Translations under genes and position numbers: made by a program
NCBI GenBank assembly: GCA_044345405.1
Contig: JBIJBE010000001.1
Location: 104,165 to 168,164, forward strand
DNA from: Bdellovibrionota bacterium
GTDB taxonomy: Bacteria > Bdellovibrionota_C > UBA2361 > OMII01
Length of the DNA: 64,000 bases
Reading direction: 5' to 3'
The notes under the pieces: model-generated
What the model was told of the DNA's origin: nothing
The model's database searches: none
Seen by the model: the letters and a program-made list of their open reading frames with translations, nothing else
Shown here: positions 1 to 9,742 of the stretch, one piece after another
Numbering within the stretch: position 1 is the stretch's first letter
How the letters are laid out: the number at the start of each line of letters is the position of its first letter

Positions 1-874
1 TAATCAGGTGCTCTCTATCGACGACCCGCGCGTGAACGACACGTATGTGTCGGCTGGAGTGGACGCGCTCCGTACTACCCGAGTATTCGATGACTTCCGT
101 CGCGAGTTAGCGGGAGGAGCGTTTACGGTCGGCTATCCGGGTGAGCAGATCTTCGGTGAATGGCTTCAAGACATCAACTTCAACGTGAAGTATGAGGCCC
201 TGAGAGTTGATATTTACGATGTCGACAGCGACGCCGCTCAGCTGGTCAAGGACTCATATGGGAAGTCTTCGGCCTCCTCCGTCACTCCGAGCCTCGTGCG
301 AAATACTATCAACAATCCGATGAATCCAACGAAGGGGTCTAAGCAGGTTCTTCAAACGGAGCTTGCCGGGCTTGGCGGAGATCAGGATTTCTACCTCGTC
401 GAGTTCCGAAATTCCTGGTACTACCCCCTCGCGGAGGGCTCGTGGGGTGAGGTCGTCATCGCCGATCGAACTAACTTCGGCTATGGAGAGAGCTTTAACG
501 ACAATCCGTTCCCGCTCTACCGACGGTTCTTCCCTGGAGGTATTAACTCCGTGCGTGGATATCGAAATCGAACCCTTGGCCCGGTTGATATCAATGATCA
601 AGAGTACGGTGGTAGTAAGCAGATCGTGAACAACCTTGAGATGATCTTCCCACTTGTGAACTCCGCTGGATTCAAGGGCGTTGTGTTCTACGACTTCGGT
701 CAGGCGTACGACGACAACAAGCCGATCGCGGTTGATGAGCTGCGACAAGCGTGGGGGTACGGTATTCGATGGGCATCGCCGATGGGTCCGATTCGTGTTG
801 AGTTCGGATACCCCATCGATCCTCAGGATGGCGAGAAGATGCAGACGATGTTCTCGTTTGGGGCGCCGTTGTAG
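1..874 (+). CDS. bamA: Outer membrane protein assembly factor BamA (Omp85/D15), C-terminal beta-barrel part; 5' end lies outside the window
   Basis: Translated ORF 8..874 shows Omp85/surface antigen D15 beta-barrel motifs (NSVRGY, GPIRVEFGYPI) and ends near an aromatic C-terminus. The ORF runs off the window start. Confidence 0.75.
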   Translation, partial: NQVLSIDDPRVNDTYVSAGVDALRTTRVFDDFRRELAGGAFTVGYPGEQIFGEWLQDINFNVKYEALRVDIYDVDSDAAQLVKDSYGKSSASSVTPSLVRNTINNPMNPTKGSKQVLQTELAGLGGDQDFYLVEFRNSWYYPLAEGSWGEVVIADRTNFGYGESFNDNPFPLYRRFFPGGINSVRGYRNRTLGPVDINDQEYGGSKQIVNNLEMIFPLVNSAGFKGVVFYDFGQAYDDNKPIAVDELRQAWGYGIRWASPMGPIRVEFGYPIDPQDGEKMQTMFSFGAPL

Positions 875-901
875 GTCAGGCGATCCTGCCATCCGTAACA
901 C

Positions 902-971
902 GGCGACCAGGAATGGTCGCCCTCCCGTTGTACCGTCCCGTGACTTGGGAGGGCGGTCATTCCTGACCGCC
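902..971. repeat. Composite REP-like palindrome: ggaatggtcgccctccc / gggagggcggtcattcc arms, each arm also internally palindromic
   Basis: Near-perfect inverted repeat 902-926 vs 947-971 seen directly in sequence. It sits between the convergent bamA and patatin gene ends. Confidence 0.6.
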
Positions 972-986
972 GCGGTACTTGAGGAT

Positions 987-2210
987 CTACGCCCTCAACA
1001 CCGAATCATCCTTCTTCTCATCGGTGGGAAGTTTGGACGCCTGCTCCTCCTCGTGTTCGTAGAAGAGCTGATGGCGAGGACGACGTCGCAGGAGGGCTAC
1101 CGTGTCGTGATATCCTTGCTCCATTAACGCGTTGAGGTAATCAGGATCGAGGGCGCCATAGGACATCACCTCGTAGGCGAGGTCCTCGCCAAGTTTGGCT
1201 TTGACGAGCGTAAAGAGCGGCCACAGCGCGCCACACGCGTTCATGAACTTCTTGTGTGAACTTCCAACGGCCGCTTTCAAGAGCGGTCCAAGAGCCGACG
1301 CCGGACGAATGGTGAGGGTCTGTGGTGGGCGCAAGCAGAAGGTATCTGACTCCGCCGGGACCTCCCACGTCGGTCGCGTATCGTGAGGCTCCCCGTAGTG
1401 ATCGAACCACCACGAGCGTCCTGAGATGTCGATAATGATGATGCGGTGCGCTCCGAGCCGGACAGCTGGATCCACGGGGACGTTCTGAGAGATACCACCG
1501 TCCACGAGACGAACCTTGCCGCGCTCCGTATCGATCTCAACCGGTGGAAGCACGGATGGAAGGGCCGCCGAGGCGAAGCCATGTTTCGCGGTGAGCTCGT
1601 TCACGTAGCACACGTCGAAGGTTGTGCCGTGCATCTGCTCTGGTGGGATCTCTTGGTGAGAGCTTAGGAAGAGCAGGGGTTTTCGTGATTCCCCCTCAAG
1701 GGTTGTCATCACGCCGACCGCTTTCAGGTTCGCCGCTCGGCCATCGGGGGTGAGTCCGCCGTTGGCTTGTAACGCGGCGTCCAGCTGGTCTCTGAGGGGC
1801 TCTGGATCGAAGAGGGTTACCTTTGACCCGTGAGGGCCGGGGGCGAGGTATTGCTCCGCCGCTATCCGGATTGCTCTAATGAAGGCCCGCGCCCGAGTGC
1901 CTGAAAAGGTGTTGCTGAACGTTCGCTCTCGCCACAACTCTTCGAGGAGGTTTATTGAATGATTAAAGCTGGTCTTGAGCCCAGCCGATACCACGAGGCC
2001 GTTGACGGCGCCGATACTACTTCCGAGGATTATGGAGGTGCGGTCGAGGTCTTTCGAGATGACTTGGCCAAGAGCTTTGAGAGCACCTGCTTGATAGGCT
2101 GCGCGAACACCGCCACCTGACAGTACGATACCGAGGTCGCTCTCATTTTGTTCGAGGGAGCGTCGAAATGGTACCGCTAATTGGTCCTCTCCTTGGGGGC
2201 GCCTTTTCAT
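987..2210 (-). CDS. Patatin-like phospholipase family protein
   Basis: Contains the glycine-rich oxyanion motif (GIVLSGGGVRAAYQAG), the GxSxG nucleophile motif (GSSIG) and the DGG motif (DGGISQN), as in patatin-like lipases. Confidence 0.85.
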   Translation of the reverse strand: MKRRPQGEDQLAVPFRRSLEQNESDLGIVLSGGGVRAAYQAGALKALGQVISKDLDRTSIILGSSIGAVNGLVVSAGLKTSFNHSINLLEELWRERTFSNTFSGTRARAFIRAIRIAAEQYLAPGPHGSKVTLFDPEPLRDQLDAALQANGGLTPDGRAANLKAVGVMTTLEGESRKPLLFLSSHQEIPPEQMHGTTFDVCYVNELTAKHGFASAALPSVLPPVEIDTERGKVRLVDGGISQNVPVDPAVRLGAHRIIIIDISGRSWWFDHYGEPHDTRPTWEVPAESDTFCLRPPQTLTIRPASALGPLLKAAVGSSHKKFMNACGALWPLFTLVKAKLGEDLAYEVMSYGALDPDYLNALMEQGYHDTVALLRRRPRHQLFYEHEEEQASKLPTDEKKDDSVLRA

Positions 2211-2595
2211 ACCTTTATCCGGTAGCGCTAGCCTTTCCTAAAGGGTCGGCCGCCACGCTATAACCTTAATGAATCTGGGCTATTTAGTGCCTAAACTCTC
2301 TATATTTGATGCCGGAAGTGCCGATATAAGTTCGCTGTGAACACACTATCAGGCACTTAGGATGAGAGGAATCGACCTCCCTTCAATTACTTGGACATCC
2401 CTATCAGTGTGAGGGGAGTTCGCTGAGAGGGCAAGTCCCCCAGGAGCGAGTTCCACCTTTAGTTTTCTCGGTATTCACAGAAACACCAGGGGTGGGGGCT
2501 CGAGTGCCTAACGCCGGGGTGCCTCGATGGAGAGTTCCGAGGGGGTGTGGTACGGTCTGAAGGATCGAGAAGTGGCCAAGGGGGAGTAAGGTATC

Positions 2596-3267
2596 ATGAT
2601 GGCAGGGCGACGGATTATCACCGTAGATGGAGTGGGCGCATCGGGCAAGAGCGCGCTTGCGCGCCTTCTCGCGGAGCGTCTTGGATTCGCGCACCTCAAT
2701 TCAGGGCTTCTCTATAGGGCGGCGGGATTTTTGGTCTCTCAGGCCGGTATCTCATCTGACGATAACGCCGCTGTTGGTAATCTGCTCAAGCGTCACACCA
2801 TTGAACTCAAGTACGACCGTACAACAGGTAATCAGGTCTTCATCGATGGCGTCCTTCGTGACTCCGAGATTCAGACCCAAGAGGTCTCAAAGCTAGCGTC
2901 CTTCGTGGCCAAGCTCCCTTCCGTTCGTGATCACTTTGTCGATGTGCAGCGGACTGCCTTCGCGCCGGCCGGTGTGGTGGCTGAGGGGCGTGATATGGGA
3001 ACGGTCATATTTCCTGAGGCATCCCCGAAATTTTTTATAAACGCAGATCTCCGTGTTCGCGCCGAGCGCCGTCGGGCGCAGCTTCTGGCGAAGGGCGAGG
3101 TGGCTGACCTCGAGACGATCGAACGTGACCTTTCCCGACGTGACTACGACGACGAACACCGGGCGTTGGCTCCAATGAAGCCGGCGGAGGGCGCGGTTTT
3201 GATCGATAATTCCTCTGGTACCCTGGAGGAGATCGTGGAGAAGATGTTCCGTCACGCGATCGGATAG
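2596..3267 (+). CDS. cmk: Cytidylate kinase (CMP kinase)
   Basis: P-loop ITVDGVGASGKSA and overall similarity to Cmk (NSGLLYRA, lid region RR). Confidence 0.85.
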   Translation: MMAGRRIITVDGVGASGKSALARLLAERLGFAHLNSGLLYRAAGFLVSQAGISSDDNAAVGNLLKRHTIELKYDRTTGNQVFIDGVLRDSEIQTQEVSKLASFVAKLPSVRDHFVDVQRTAFAPAGVVAEGRDMGTVIFPEASPKFFINADLRVRAERRRAQLLAKGEVADLETIERDLSRRDYDDEHRALAPMKPAEGAVLIDNSSGTLEEIVEKMFRHAIG

Positions 3268-3300
3268 AACCCTCGGCCTTTCTCTACTCTTGTTGCGCCA

Positions 3301-4089
3301 CTAATTTTGGACCTGACAACCTTGAGGAACAACCGGCGGCAACTTGTTCGCTCTGTCTTGGCAATTACACATGCCGTCATTGCCGAGCCATATGCATTGC
3401 CCGCTGTCGCTACAGCAGTTTGGATTCTCGCAGCCGGCGTCATTTGGACAGGTCTTGCAGTCCTCGCCCGCGTCGATCTGGCAGTTTCCGCACTTACACT
3501 CTGTATCTGACATACACGTCTTAGTCCGCTCGCAACAGGTTTGGCCGTCACCCTGGCACTTATGGTCGTTGGGACAGACTTCGCAGCTGGTTGGAACGCA
3601 CTGTCCTTGATGACAGCACTCTCCCTCCTTACACGAGCCACCCTCCGAGCAGTTGGGCGTTGGGCTAGCGTCTGGAGTCGCTGTCGACGGTACTGTCGCT
3701 GTTGCCTCTGTAGTCGGTGTTGTCTCTGGAGTCGGTGTTGTCTCTGGAGTCGCTGCTGTCTCCGGTGTTGCCAAAGCCGTTGGTTCAGTTGTCGCCTCTG
3801 CAGTGGGTTCCGTTGTTGGCTCCGTCGTTGGCTCCGTCGTTGGCTCTGTTGTTGGCTCCGTTGTTGGCTCTACGGTGGGTTCCACGCCAGTACCGTCTGA
3901 GGAGCCAGTACCATCAGAGGAGTTTGAATACCCCTCTGACCCGTAGTTCTCCATCTGAGCCCACGCGGCGGAGTTACATCCGATGATCAGGGTTGTGAGG
4001 AGCGCGATCCACACGGAGCGGGAGTTGAGCGGATGCCGCCCACCACTTCGTTGTAGCCCAAAAATACTGCAAGATATCATCGGTCTCAT
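3301..4089 (-). CDS. Secreted, possibly lipidated (LIIGC lipobox-like) protein with a (TEPT)n linker and a C-terminal ~120 aa domain with ~28 Cys
   Basis: ORF 3301..4098. Hydrophobic signal segment VWIALLTTLIIGC. Linker TEPTTEPTTEPTTEPTTEPT. Dense CxxC / CC pattern in the C-terminal half. Start chosen at ATG 4089 (the ORF track start is a GTG directly after the upstream stop). Confidence 0.55.
   Translation of the reverse strand: MRPMISCSIFGLQRSGGRHPLNSRSVWIALLTTLIIGCNSAAWAQMENYGSEGYSNSSDGTGSSDGTGVEPTVEPTTEPTTEPTTEPTTEPTTEPTAEATTEPTALATPETAATPETTPTPETTPTTEATATVPSTATPDASPTPNCSEGGSCKEGECCHQGQCVPTSCEVCPNDHKCQGDGQTCCERTKTCMSDTECKCGNCQIDAGEDCKTCPNDAGCENPNCCSDSGQCIWLGNDGMCNCQDRANKLPPVVPQGCQVQN
3686..3900 (-). 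repeat. Coding tandem repeats (15-bp and 21-bp units) encoding TEPT / TPETTPT repeats
   Basis: gttggctccgtcgtt repeated ~5x at 3800-3880 and gagtcggtgttgtctctg repeated at 3715-3760. Both lie inside the CDS and are therefore not a CRISPR array. Confidence 0.6.
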
Positions 4090-4098
4090 CTTGTTCAC

Positions 4099-6087
4099 TC
4101 ACTTTTTAAGCATTCGAAGGCTTCCCGGCACCATTCGCTTCGCCGTCCAGGACATCTTCAGGCTCGGTCCGCCCTTGGTGGCTGAGCTCGAGCCGGTTAA
4201 TACGCCCTTCTTTTCATCGAGCGTCGCGGTCGAGGTGGTGATAACACCACCGTAATTCGCCGTCATCTTCACCGTTCGAGAGTTCCCTGTCTTCGAGATA
4301 GTACCAGCAAGGAGAGCTTTGTCGTAGAAGCTTCTCACTCCCTTGGCGTTCGGCTTTTGACGGCGCTCGACGATGGAGACGCCCGCCATTCGATCTTTGT
4401 TCTCCTCAAGGAAGAACACTCCACCTGTCGTTGGGTCGGAATCGTGTTGCCAGATCCAGAATCCGTCGAGAGGACCCTGTGGTTCGAGCGCCCTAGTAGA
4501 ACGATACGCCTCTTGAGGGCTTGTCGCCACCGGCTCGTGAGGAGACACCGAAGGGGCTCGATCGAGTTCCGCGAGGGCCAAGCGTTTGGAGGTATAGGTG
4601 TCTGAGTACCAATCGAAGGTGTTTCCTCGCACGGTCTTACCCTTCGTCGTAGTTCGTTCGTATCCGTTCACGGAGAGGAGCGTTCCACTCTTTGGATCTA
4701 CGGTGTCGTAACTCGTTCTCAGCTCGGTTATTCCCTTCGATGTCGCCGGTACAACCTCGCCCTGATCGGCTATGGCGTTTTGGTTCGCGTCGAACCATAG
4801 GGCGATAGGCTCAAGCTCCTGCCCGCGCACGAATCCGTCCTTATTGATGTCGAGTTCAGCGAGCGCTTGATAACCGTTGTCCCACTCATCCACGGAGGAC
4901 GGAGCCGAGCTTCGCGATACGAGGCGAACCGCCTTCCGTCCACCGAAGGTCCAATTTCCAAAGAGCTGCCGGCCATCGACGACCTTACCGGTGTGTTGCG
5001 GATCGTACACGAGGAGCGGTCGTTCCGCGCTCGCTTTCCACACAACCCAAGGATTCCGTTGTTTCGGCGCGAGTTTAAATCGTACAACGGTCCAGCTGTC
5101 CTCCCCACCGAGGTCGAGACCGAGCGGGCTTACGATGTACCCCACGTTGATCGTTCCGCAGCTGCGGGCATCGTTGGAAACCACTATAGGATTACAATTT
5201 TCACCGACCGCCAGCTTTTGCCCGACCTCAGCCGGTTGAAGCGCCGCGATCTCCTCAGGTGTGAGGTCTCCGCCCGCCGCATTCAGGGCATCAAACAGGG
5301 CAGTAACCCAAGCGCCTTCTTTTGAAAATAATCTCTCCCACGCAACCTGGAACATGTTGTCATCATCATAACGAGCGTTGCCCGTTCCGGTTTGTCGAAG
5401 CACGCCGGTAGCGCATCCCGCCCCACCTCCCTGAACGACATCCCCGCCAAAGGTTGGGATCTCTTGGTCGTACTCGCAGTAGAAGATGCTGATCTCGGTC
5501 TCGAGATCGTAGTACGAGCAGGTTGGCGTGAAGGTGGGGGTAATCGTGGCGGTGAGAGTCGGTGTTATCGTAACTGTTTGAGTTGGCGATGGTCGGTTTG
5601 TTGGAGTTGACGTAGCCGTTACCGTCCCCGTGTTGCTTGCCGTTGGTGTTGCAGTGTTAGTTGGTGTTGCGGATCTTGTTAATGTTGGTGTCGCAGATCT
5701 TGTTATCGTTGGTGTCAGTGTTGGCGTCCTGCTCGGGGTGACCGTTGCGGTGGGCGTATCCGGAATGACCACTACCTTCTCGGTCGGTGTGGCGGTGAAG
5801 GTGAATGTTGGAGTCGGACATTCTGGTCCATAGAAAATCACCGTCTCGTTGGGACATGGGGGACGTCCAGGTGAAGGATACTGAATTATGGGACGCGGAA
5901 TGGCGACGAATTGGCCGCATGGAATCTCGGGGGGCGGGGTCGGATCCCCAAGAATGCAGTCTTGAAATGAATTAAACGACTCCGGGCTCCTCACGTCGGT
6001 GGCGCCGGATTGAGCAAGGGGCGTGGAGTGGGGGATGGTGAAGGTTGAGATCACCGCAAGCAAAACGAAAAGCAAAGCTCTCTTCAT
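4099..6087 (-). CDS. Large secreted protein with Sec signal peptide, long Thr/Pro-rich linker and a DxNxDG calcium-binding-like motif
   Basis: ORF 4099..6108. Signal peptide [16 protein letters not shown] (start taken at 6087). T/P repeats [35 protein letters not shown] motif. No recognisable catalytic motif. Confidence 0.55.
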   Translation of the reverse strand: MKRALLFVLLAVISTFTIPHSTPLAQSGATDVRSPESFNSFQDCILGDPTPPPEIPCGQFVAIPRPIIQYPSPGRPPCPNETVIFYGPECPTPTFTFTATPTEKVVVIPDTPTATVTPSRTPTLTPTITRSATPTLTRSATPTNTATPTASNTGTVTATSTPTNRPSPTQTVTITPTLTATITPTFTPTCSYYDLETEISIFYCEYDQEIPTFGGDVVQGGGAGCATGVLRQTGTGNARYDDDNMFQVAWERLFSKEGAWVTALFDALNAAGGDLTPEEIAALQPAEVGQKLAVGENCNPIVVSNDARSCGTINVGYIVSPLGLDLGGEDSWTVVRFKLAPKQRNPWVVWKASAERPLLVYDPQHTGKVVDGRQLFGNWTFGGRKAVRLVSRSSAPSSVDEWDNGYQALAELDINKDGFVRGQELEPIALWFDANQNAIADQGEVVPATSKGITELRTSYDTVDPKSGTLLSVNGYERTTTKGKTVRGNTFDWYSDTYTSKRLALAELDRAPSVSPHEPVATSPQEAYRSTRALEPQGPLDGFWIWQHDSDPTTGGVFFLEENKDRMAGVSIVERRQKPNAKGVRSFYDKALLAGTISKTGNSRTVKMTANYGGVITTSTATLDEKKGVLTGSSSATKGGPSLKMSWTAKRMVPGSLRMLKK

Positions 6088-6413
6088 ACAACCTTCAGAA
6101 GTAACCACTCTACAGCGTATCAGGCCAGACCGATCCCGAGCGCGTTGGAATGCGCTGGGATGAACATGAACCCATGTAGCTTCCTAGAAGTATACCAGGG
6201 GCAAAGGAGCTTGGTAAACCAATGATTTTAGGAAATTGTCGAGCGCGAAGTGGCTGCTTGTGTGGGCGAGCATGGTCGTGGACCGCGGCGATAAATGCAT
6301 GAAGGGACTACGTTTGTGGGTTATTCAAGAGATGAAAGCATCGCCAATTCCTGGGTGGCGCTACGGCTTTCTCGCACCGGATACGGGCCGCGCTGGTGGC
6401 GGCTCCAGTGCTC

Positions 6414-7517
6414 TTACCGGGGAGCCTCTGTTCCAAGATTTAGCACGAACGCCACGATACCCAACACGATGTTCGCTGACCAGGCCGCGAGGAACGGTGG
6501 AAGGAGCTCCGCTCGTCCCATCGAGATGCTAAATGAGTCGACCGCGTAGTAGAGGAACGCTATCGAGATCGCGGCGATCGAGGTGAGCGCCATGCTCCCG
6601 GATCGGGCCGGTAAGAGGGTGAACGGGAGGACGAGCATTCCGGTTATGAAGATGATGAGAGGGGCCGCAATCTTACTGTAGAGGTCCGGCATGTACTGGG
6701 TCGTTGAGATCCCGTTTCGTTTGAGCTTTTTGATGAACCGTCGAAGTTCCGAAAAGCTCATCGTGGAGGGATCGCTCTTCACGTCGTAGAAGTCGCTCGG
6801 AATCTCCTTGATGGGAAGTGGTAGTGAGCGAAGGCGCTCGACGAACATCGGATTCCTATCGAAGTGATAGGTGGTGACATCGCGCATGTTCCACCCAAGT
6901 CCCTGATCGATCCAGTGGGCGGTTCGAGCGTCCGTGCGTTTTGACACCCGCCAGTCATCGGGAATATCAAATTGAGAGAGGGAGTGGATGGTATTTGTAC
7001 GTGAGTCGAAGAGATCGAAGGCGTAGAAATTGTCTCCGTGACGCCACCAGAAGTCCGATTGGCTGTATCCGCCCTTTTTGTCCTTTTGCCGAATGTCGAT
7101 GTTATAGAGCTCCTTTTGTCGTCGCTCAGAGAAGGGGACAACGACCTCGCCGAGGAGGAGCGAGAAAGCCGACAGTCCGAGGCCGAACATCATCAGGGGG
7201 CGCCCGAGCCACGCCACCGTAACGCCAGCCGCCCGCATCGCCGTTATCTCGGAGCTCTTTGACAGGAGTCCGTACGTGAAGAGGGTCGCGAAGATGAGCG
7301 CAACCGGAAGCATGAGCTGCGCCATAAGGGGCACCTTGCAGAGGAAGTACTGAACAATTAGCCACGCTGAAGCCCCTTCGCCGAGGACGTTGTCGATGCG
7401 ATCGATAAAGTCGACGACGAGGAAGAGAAATACGAAGGTCGTGAGACCTATGATAAAGTTCCTAACGAGGAGGGAGAGGATGTAACGGTGAAGGATCTTC
7501 ATTTCGCCTTCCTCCAT
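6414..7517 (-). CDS. lptG: LPS export ABC permease LptG (YjgP/YjgQ family)
   Basis: N-terminal MKILHRYILSLLVRNFIIGLTTFVFLFL, which is typical of the YjgP/YjgQ family. There are 6 predicted TM segments plus a periplasmic domain. It overlaps lptF by 19 bp. Confidence 0.75.
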   Translation of the reverse strand: MEEGEMKILHRYILSLLVRNFIIGLTTFVFLFLVVDFIDRIDNVLGEGASAWLIVQYFLCKVPLMAQLMLPVALIFATLFTYGLLSKSSEITAMRAAGVTVAWLGRPLMMFGLGLSAFSLLLGEVVVPFSERRQKELYNIDIRQKDKKGGYSQSDFWWRHGDNFYAFDLFDSRTNTIHSLSQFDIPDDWRVSKRTDARTAHWIDQGLGWNMRDVTTYHFDRNPMFVERLRSLPLPIKEIPSDFYDVKSDPSTMSFSELRRFIKKLKRNGISTTQYMPDLYSKIAAPLIIFITGMLVLPFTLLPARSGSMALTSIAAISIAFLYYAVDSFSISMGRAELLPPFLAAWSANIVLGIVAFVLNLGTEAPR

Positions 7518-8743
7518 CGCTTGGTGAACGTGCCCACTCTCTCTATCGCTTTTTGAGCTCCCTCAGATACTGACTGCCACTGCTCTGTTCCTACTTTGTA
7601 GACGAGGAGCGCCGCGATCGCCGTCGTTATGATGTTGGGGGCCCACAGCGCTACGCCGACCTTAAGCGCTCCCCTATCCGCCATGGTGAGGCCGATAGAA
7701 AAAATTGAGTAGTAAAGAATAAATACGACGAGCCCCAACGTCGCGGCGAATCCCGCGCCCCAGGTCCGTTGGGTTCGAGGAGACATAATACCGAGGGCCA
7801 TGCCGATGAACGCCATCACAACGGACGCGTAGGGAAGAGAGAGTCGTTGCCCATACTCGATCTTAGCGCGGCGAAACTTTTTGAGGAGCTCCTTCCGTGT
7901 GAGCGTCTGACCGTATACCTCAATAGCGTCCCCTTCGGTGGAGCGAATCTTCTGTTTGTAGTGCTGTACCGTCTCAAGGAGTTTGGGCCCCGAGAGCTCG
8001 CGGGCGACGGCTCCCTTCTTGGCATCCTCTTTGAGCTCCGATGGATTGACGCTCAAGCTGTTCGATTGAAATTCGGTGCGAGAGTAGTTCTCCCCATCGG
8101 TCTCGTGGGCGACCCCCTCACCGAGAAGGAGTGAGAGAGTTTGAGTCTCCTCATCCGCCACGATCTTTCCTCGACGAGCGACGACCACCTTGCGCTGTGT
8201 ATCGTTTCGTTTGTCATCGACGATGACCTTGAGGAGATCTCCGGTCTGGTAGTCGATCTTCTCTGCGTAGAGGGTGAGTTGTCCGATCTTGTTGAACACA
8301 CCCTCCGTGAGACCTGAGGTGCTCTTTGAACGGGCGATCTCGAAGAGCGCCGTGGAGAGGGTAGAGAAACCCCACGGCCGGAGTACGAAAGAGACGAAGA
8401 GCCCAGTGGATCCGACCACAACGGCGAAAATCCCGATCGGGAGCATGAACTTAAGAAGGCTGATCCCGCTCGCCCGAAGAACCACCATTTCGGAGTCTCC
8501 GCACATTCGGGCAAACGCGAGCATCACTCCAAGAAGGGTAGACATCGGAAGAGCGATCTCAAGGAAGGTGGGAATGATAGCCAAGAAGACCTTAGCTATC
8601 TGACCCAACTCCACCCCGCGATTCACGATGAGCGATGTGAGCTTCAACATCCGCACGGTCAGGAGAAGTCCCGTGAAGGTTAGGAGGCTGATTGAGAAGA
8701 AGGTGAACACCTCTTTCAGCACGTATCGGGAGATAATTCTCAC
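7499..8743 (-). CDS. lptF: LPS export ABC permease LptF (YjgP/YjgQ family)
   Basis: MRIISRYVLKEVFTFFSISLLTFTGLLL and VVLRASGISLLKF motifs. It is paired with lptG. Confidence 0.75.
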   Translation of the reverse strand: MRIISRYVLKEVFTFFSISLLTFTGLLLTVRMLKLTSLIVNRGVELGQIAKVFLAIIPTFLEIALPMSTLLGVMLAFARMCGDSEMVVLRASGISLLKFMLPIGIFAVVVGSTGLFVSFVLRPWGFSTLSTALFEIARSKSTSGLTEGVFNKIGQLTLYAEKIDYQTGDLLKVIVDDKRNDTQRKVVVARRGKIVADEETQTLSLLLGEGVAHETDGENYSRTEFQSNSLSVNPSELKEDAKKGAVARELSGPKLLETVQHYKQKIRSTEGDAIEVYGQTLTRKELLKKFRRAKIEYGQRLSLPYASVVMAFIGMALGIMSPRTQRTWGAGFAATLGLVVFILYYSIFSIGLTMADRGALKVGVALWAPNIITTAIAALLVYKVGTEQWQSVSEGAQKAIERVGTFTKRWRKAK

Positions 8744-8857
8744 AGGCGGTTTTCTCGGATTCGCTAATCAACAGAAATCTAACCCGTTGGTTGCTGAAGG
8801 CCAAGGGGCGCAGATGGGCGACTGAGGGAAATTGCGACCAAGCTTGACCCTTGATCA

Positions 8858-8975
8858 GGGAGGGCGGTCATTCCTGACCGCCGTGTTGCGTGAGGTGAAG
8901 GTGTTATCGAGGGATGTAACCTTTCGGCGACCAACCTGTCCCGAGCACAGTCGAGGGCGGAATGGTCGCCCTCCC
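8858..8975. repeat. MITE-like REP element: terminal inverted copies gggagggcggtcattcctgaccgcc (8858-8882) and gggcggaatggtcgccctccc (8953-8975) around a ~70 bp spacer
   Basis: Same arms as the 902-971 element but with a longer spacer. Intergenic, between lptF and rpsU. Confidence 0.55.
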
Positions 8976-8979
8976 GAGC

Positions 8980-9006
8980 AAAAAAAGAGGAGCCTCACGG
9001 CTCCTC
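8980..9006 (-). terminator. Rho-independent terminator downstream of rpsU
   Basis: Minus-strand stem gaggagcc-gtga-ggctcctc followed by a 7-T run (plus-strand A7 at 8980-8986), 32 bp after the rpsU stop. Confidence 0.6.
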
Positions 9007-9037
9007 TCTCTTTCAATCTTACTCGTGCGAGCAAAGA

Positions 9038-9241
9038 TTACATGAGGCCTGGTCCCTTGTTGAGACGAGCCTGCTCTTTGCGCTGCTTCTTACGCGACTC
9101 TTTCTCCTTGCGCTTGCGGCGCTCGGATGGCTTCTCGTAGTACTTGCGAGCCTTGAGCTCCTTGAAGAGACCTTCCTTGATGAGCTTACGCTTGAGGATC
9201 TTCATCGCCTTCTCGATGTTGTGAGAAACAACTACTTCCAT
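9038..9241 (-). CDS. rpsU: 30S ribosomal protein S21
   Basis: MEVVVSHNIEKAMKILKRKLIKEGLFKELKARKYYEKPSERRKRKEKESRKKQRKEQARL matches the bS21 pattern. AGGGG SD sits 4 nt upstream of this ATG. The upstream in-frame 47 codons use different codons. Confidence 0.8.
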   Translation of the reverse strand: MEVVVSHNIEKAMKILKRKLIKEGLFKELKARKYYEKPSERRKRKEKESRKKQRKEQARLNKGPGLM

Positions 9242-9601
9242 CGCCCCTGCACGAGCGCGATCATCGCCTGGAGCCGCAGCACGTGGCTCACGTGCTCGTG
9301 GAGCACCGCCTACTGTCTCAGTGCTTGTCTTTGCTGTTGTCTTCTCAGAATCAACTTCGTCGTTCATAGCTCCAACTACCATTTCAAATCCATGCTTACA
9401 TTACGTTCCCTTCTGGGAACCACTACACACGTGTCATCCGTGTGATTTAAGGATGTGGTTTTCTATCAAAAAACAGGGGGATAAGTAAAGAGATGGGGAT
9501 TTTGGGGGCAGGGGGGAAAGATGTACCCAACTCGCGGAGTGCAGCTTCTCGAGCGTTGGGATGATATTATGATTAGAATCAGTTGGTTAGATGTTATTTG
9601 C

Positions 9602-9664
9602 GGCGACCGGGGACGGTCGCCCTCCCGAGTGCGCCTCTCGATCTGGTAGGGCGGTCGTTCCCCC
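9602..9664. repeat. REP-like element (ggcgaccggggacggtcgccctccc plus a degenerate partner gggcggtcgttcc)
   Basis: Seen in sequence, in the 400-bp intergenic region upstream of rpsU. Confidence 0.5.
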
Positions 9665-9742
9665 CTTTCGCTAAAGCTACGGGGGCCAAGCCTGACTGCC
9701 GTGTTACATAGGGCAAATGTCCTTTGCCATCCGGGGTGGTTC

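Noticed and set aside
254-901. Long antisense ORFs inside bamA, the Cys-rich gene (3541..3900 +), tex, alaS (45163..46089 -), and others
   Set aside because: These are shadow ORFs typical of high-GC DNA. The opposite strand carries clear homology in every case.
3686-3900. Short direct repeats that could be taken for a CRISPR array
   Set aside because: The repeats are contiguous 15/21-bp units with no spacers and lie inside a long ORF, where they encode TEPT/TPET peptide repeats.
9242-9382. 47-codon in-frame N-terminal extension of rpsU (MVVGAMNDEVDSEKTT...)
   Set aside because: An AGGGG Shine-Dalgarno sits 4 nt before the internal ATG at 9241. The extension uses AT3-rich codons unlike the S21 core, and S21 is normally ~65 aa.
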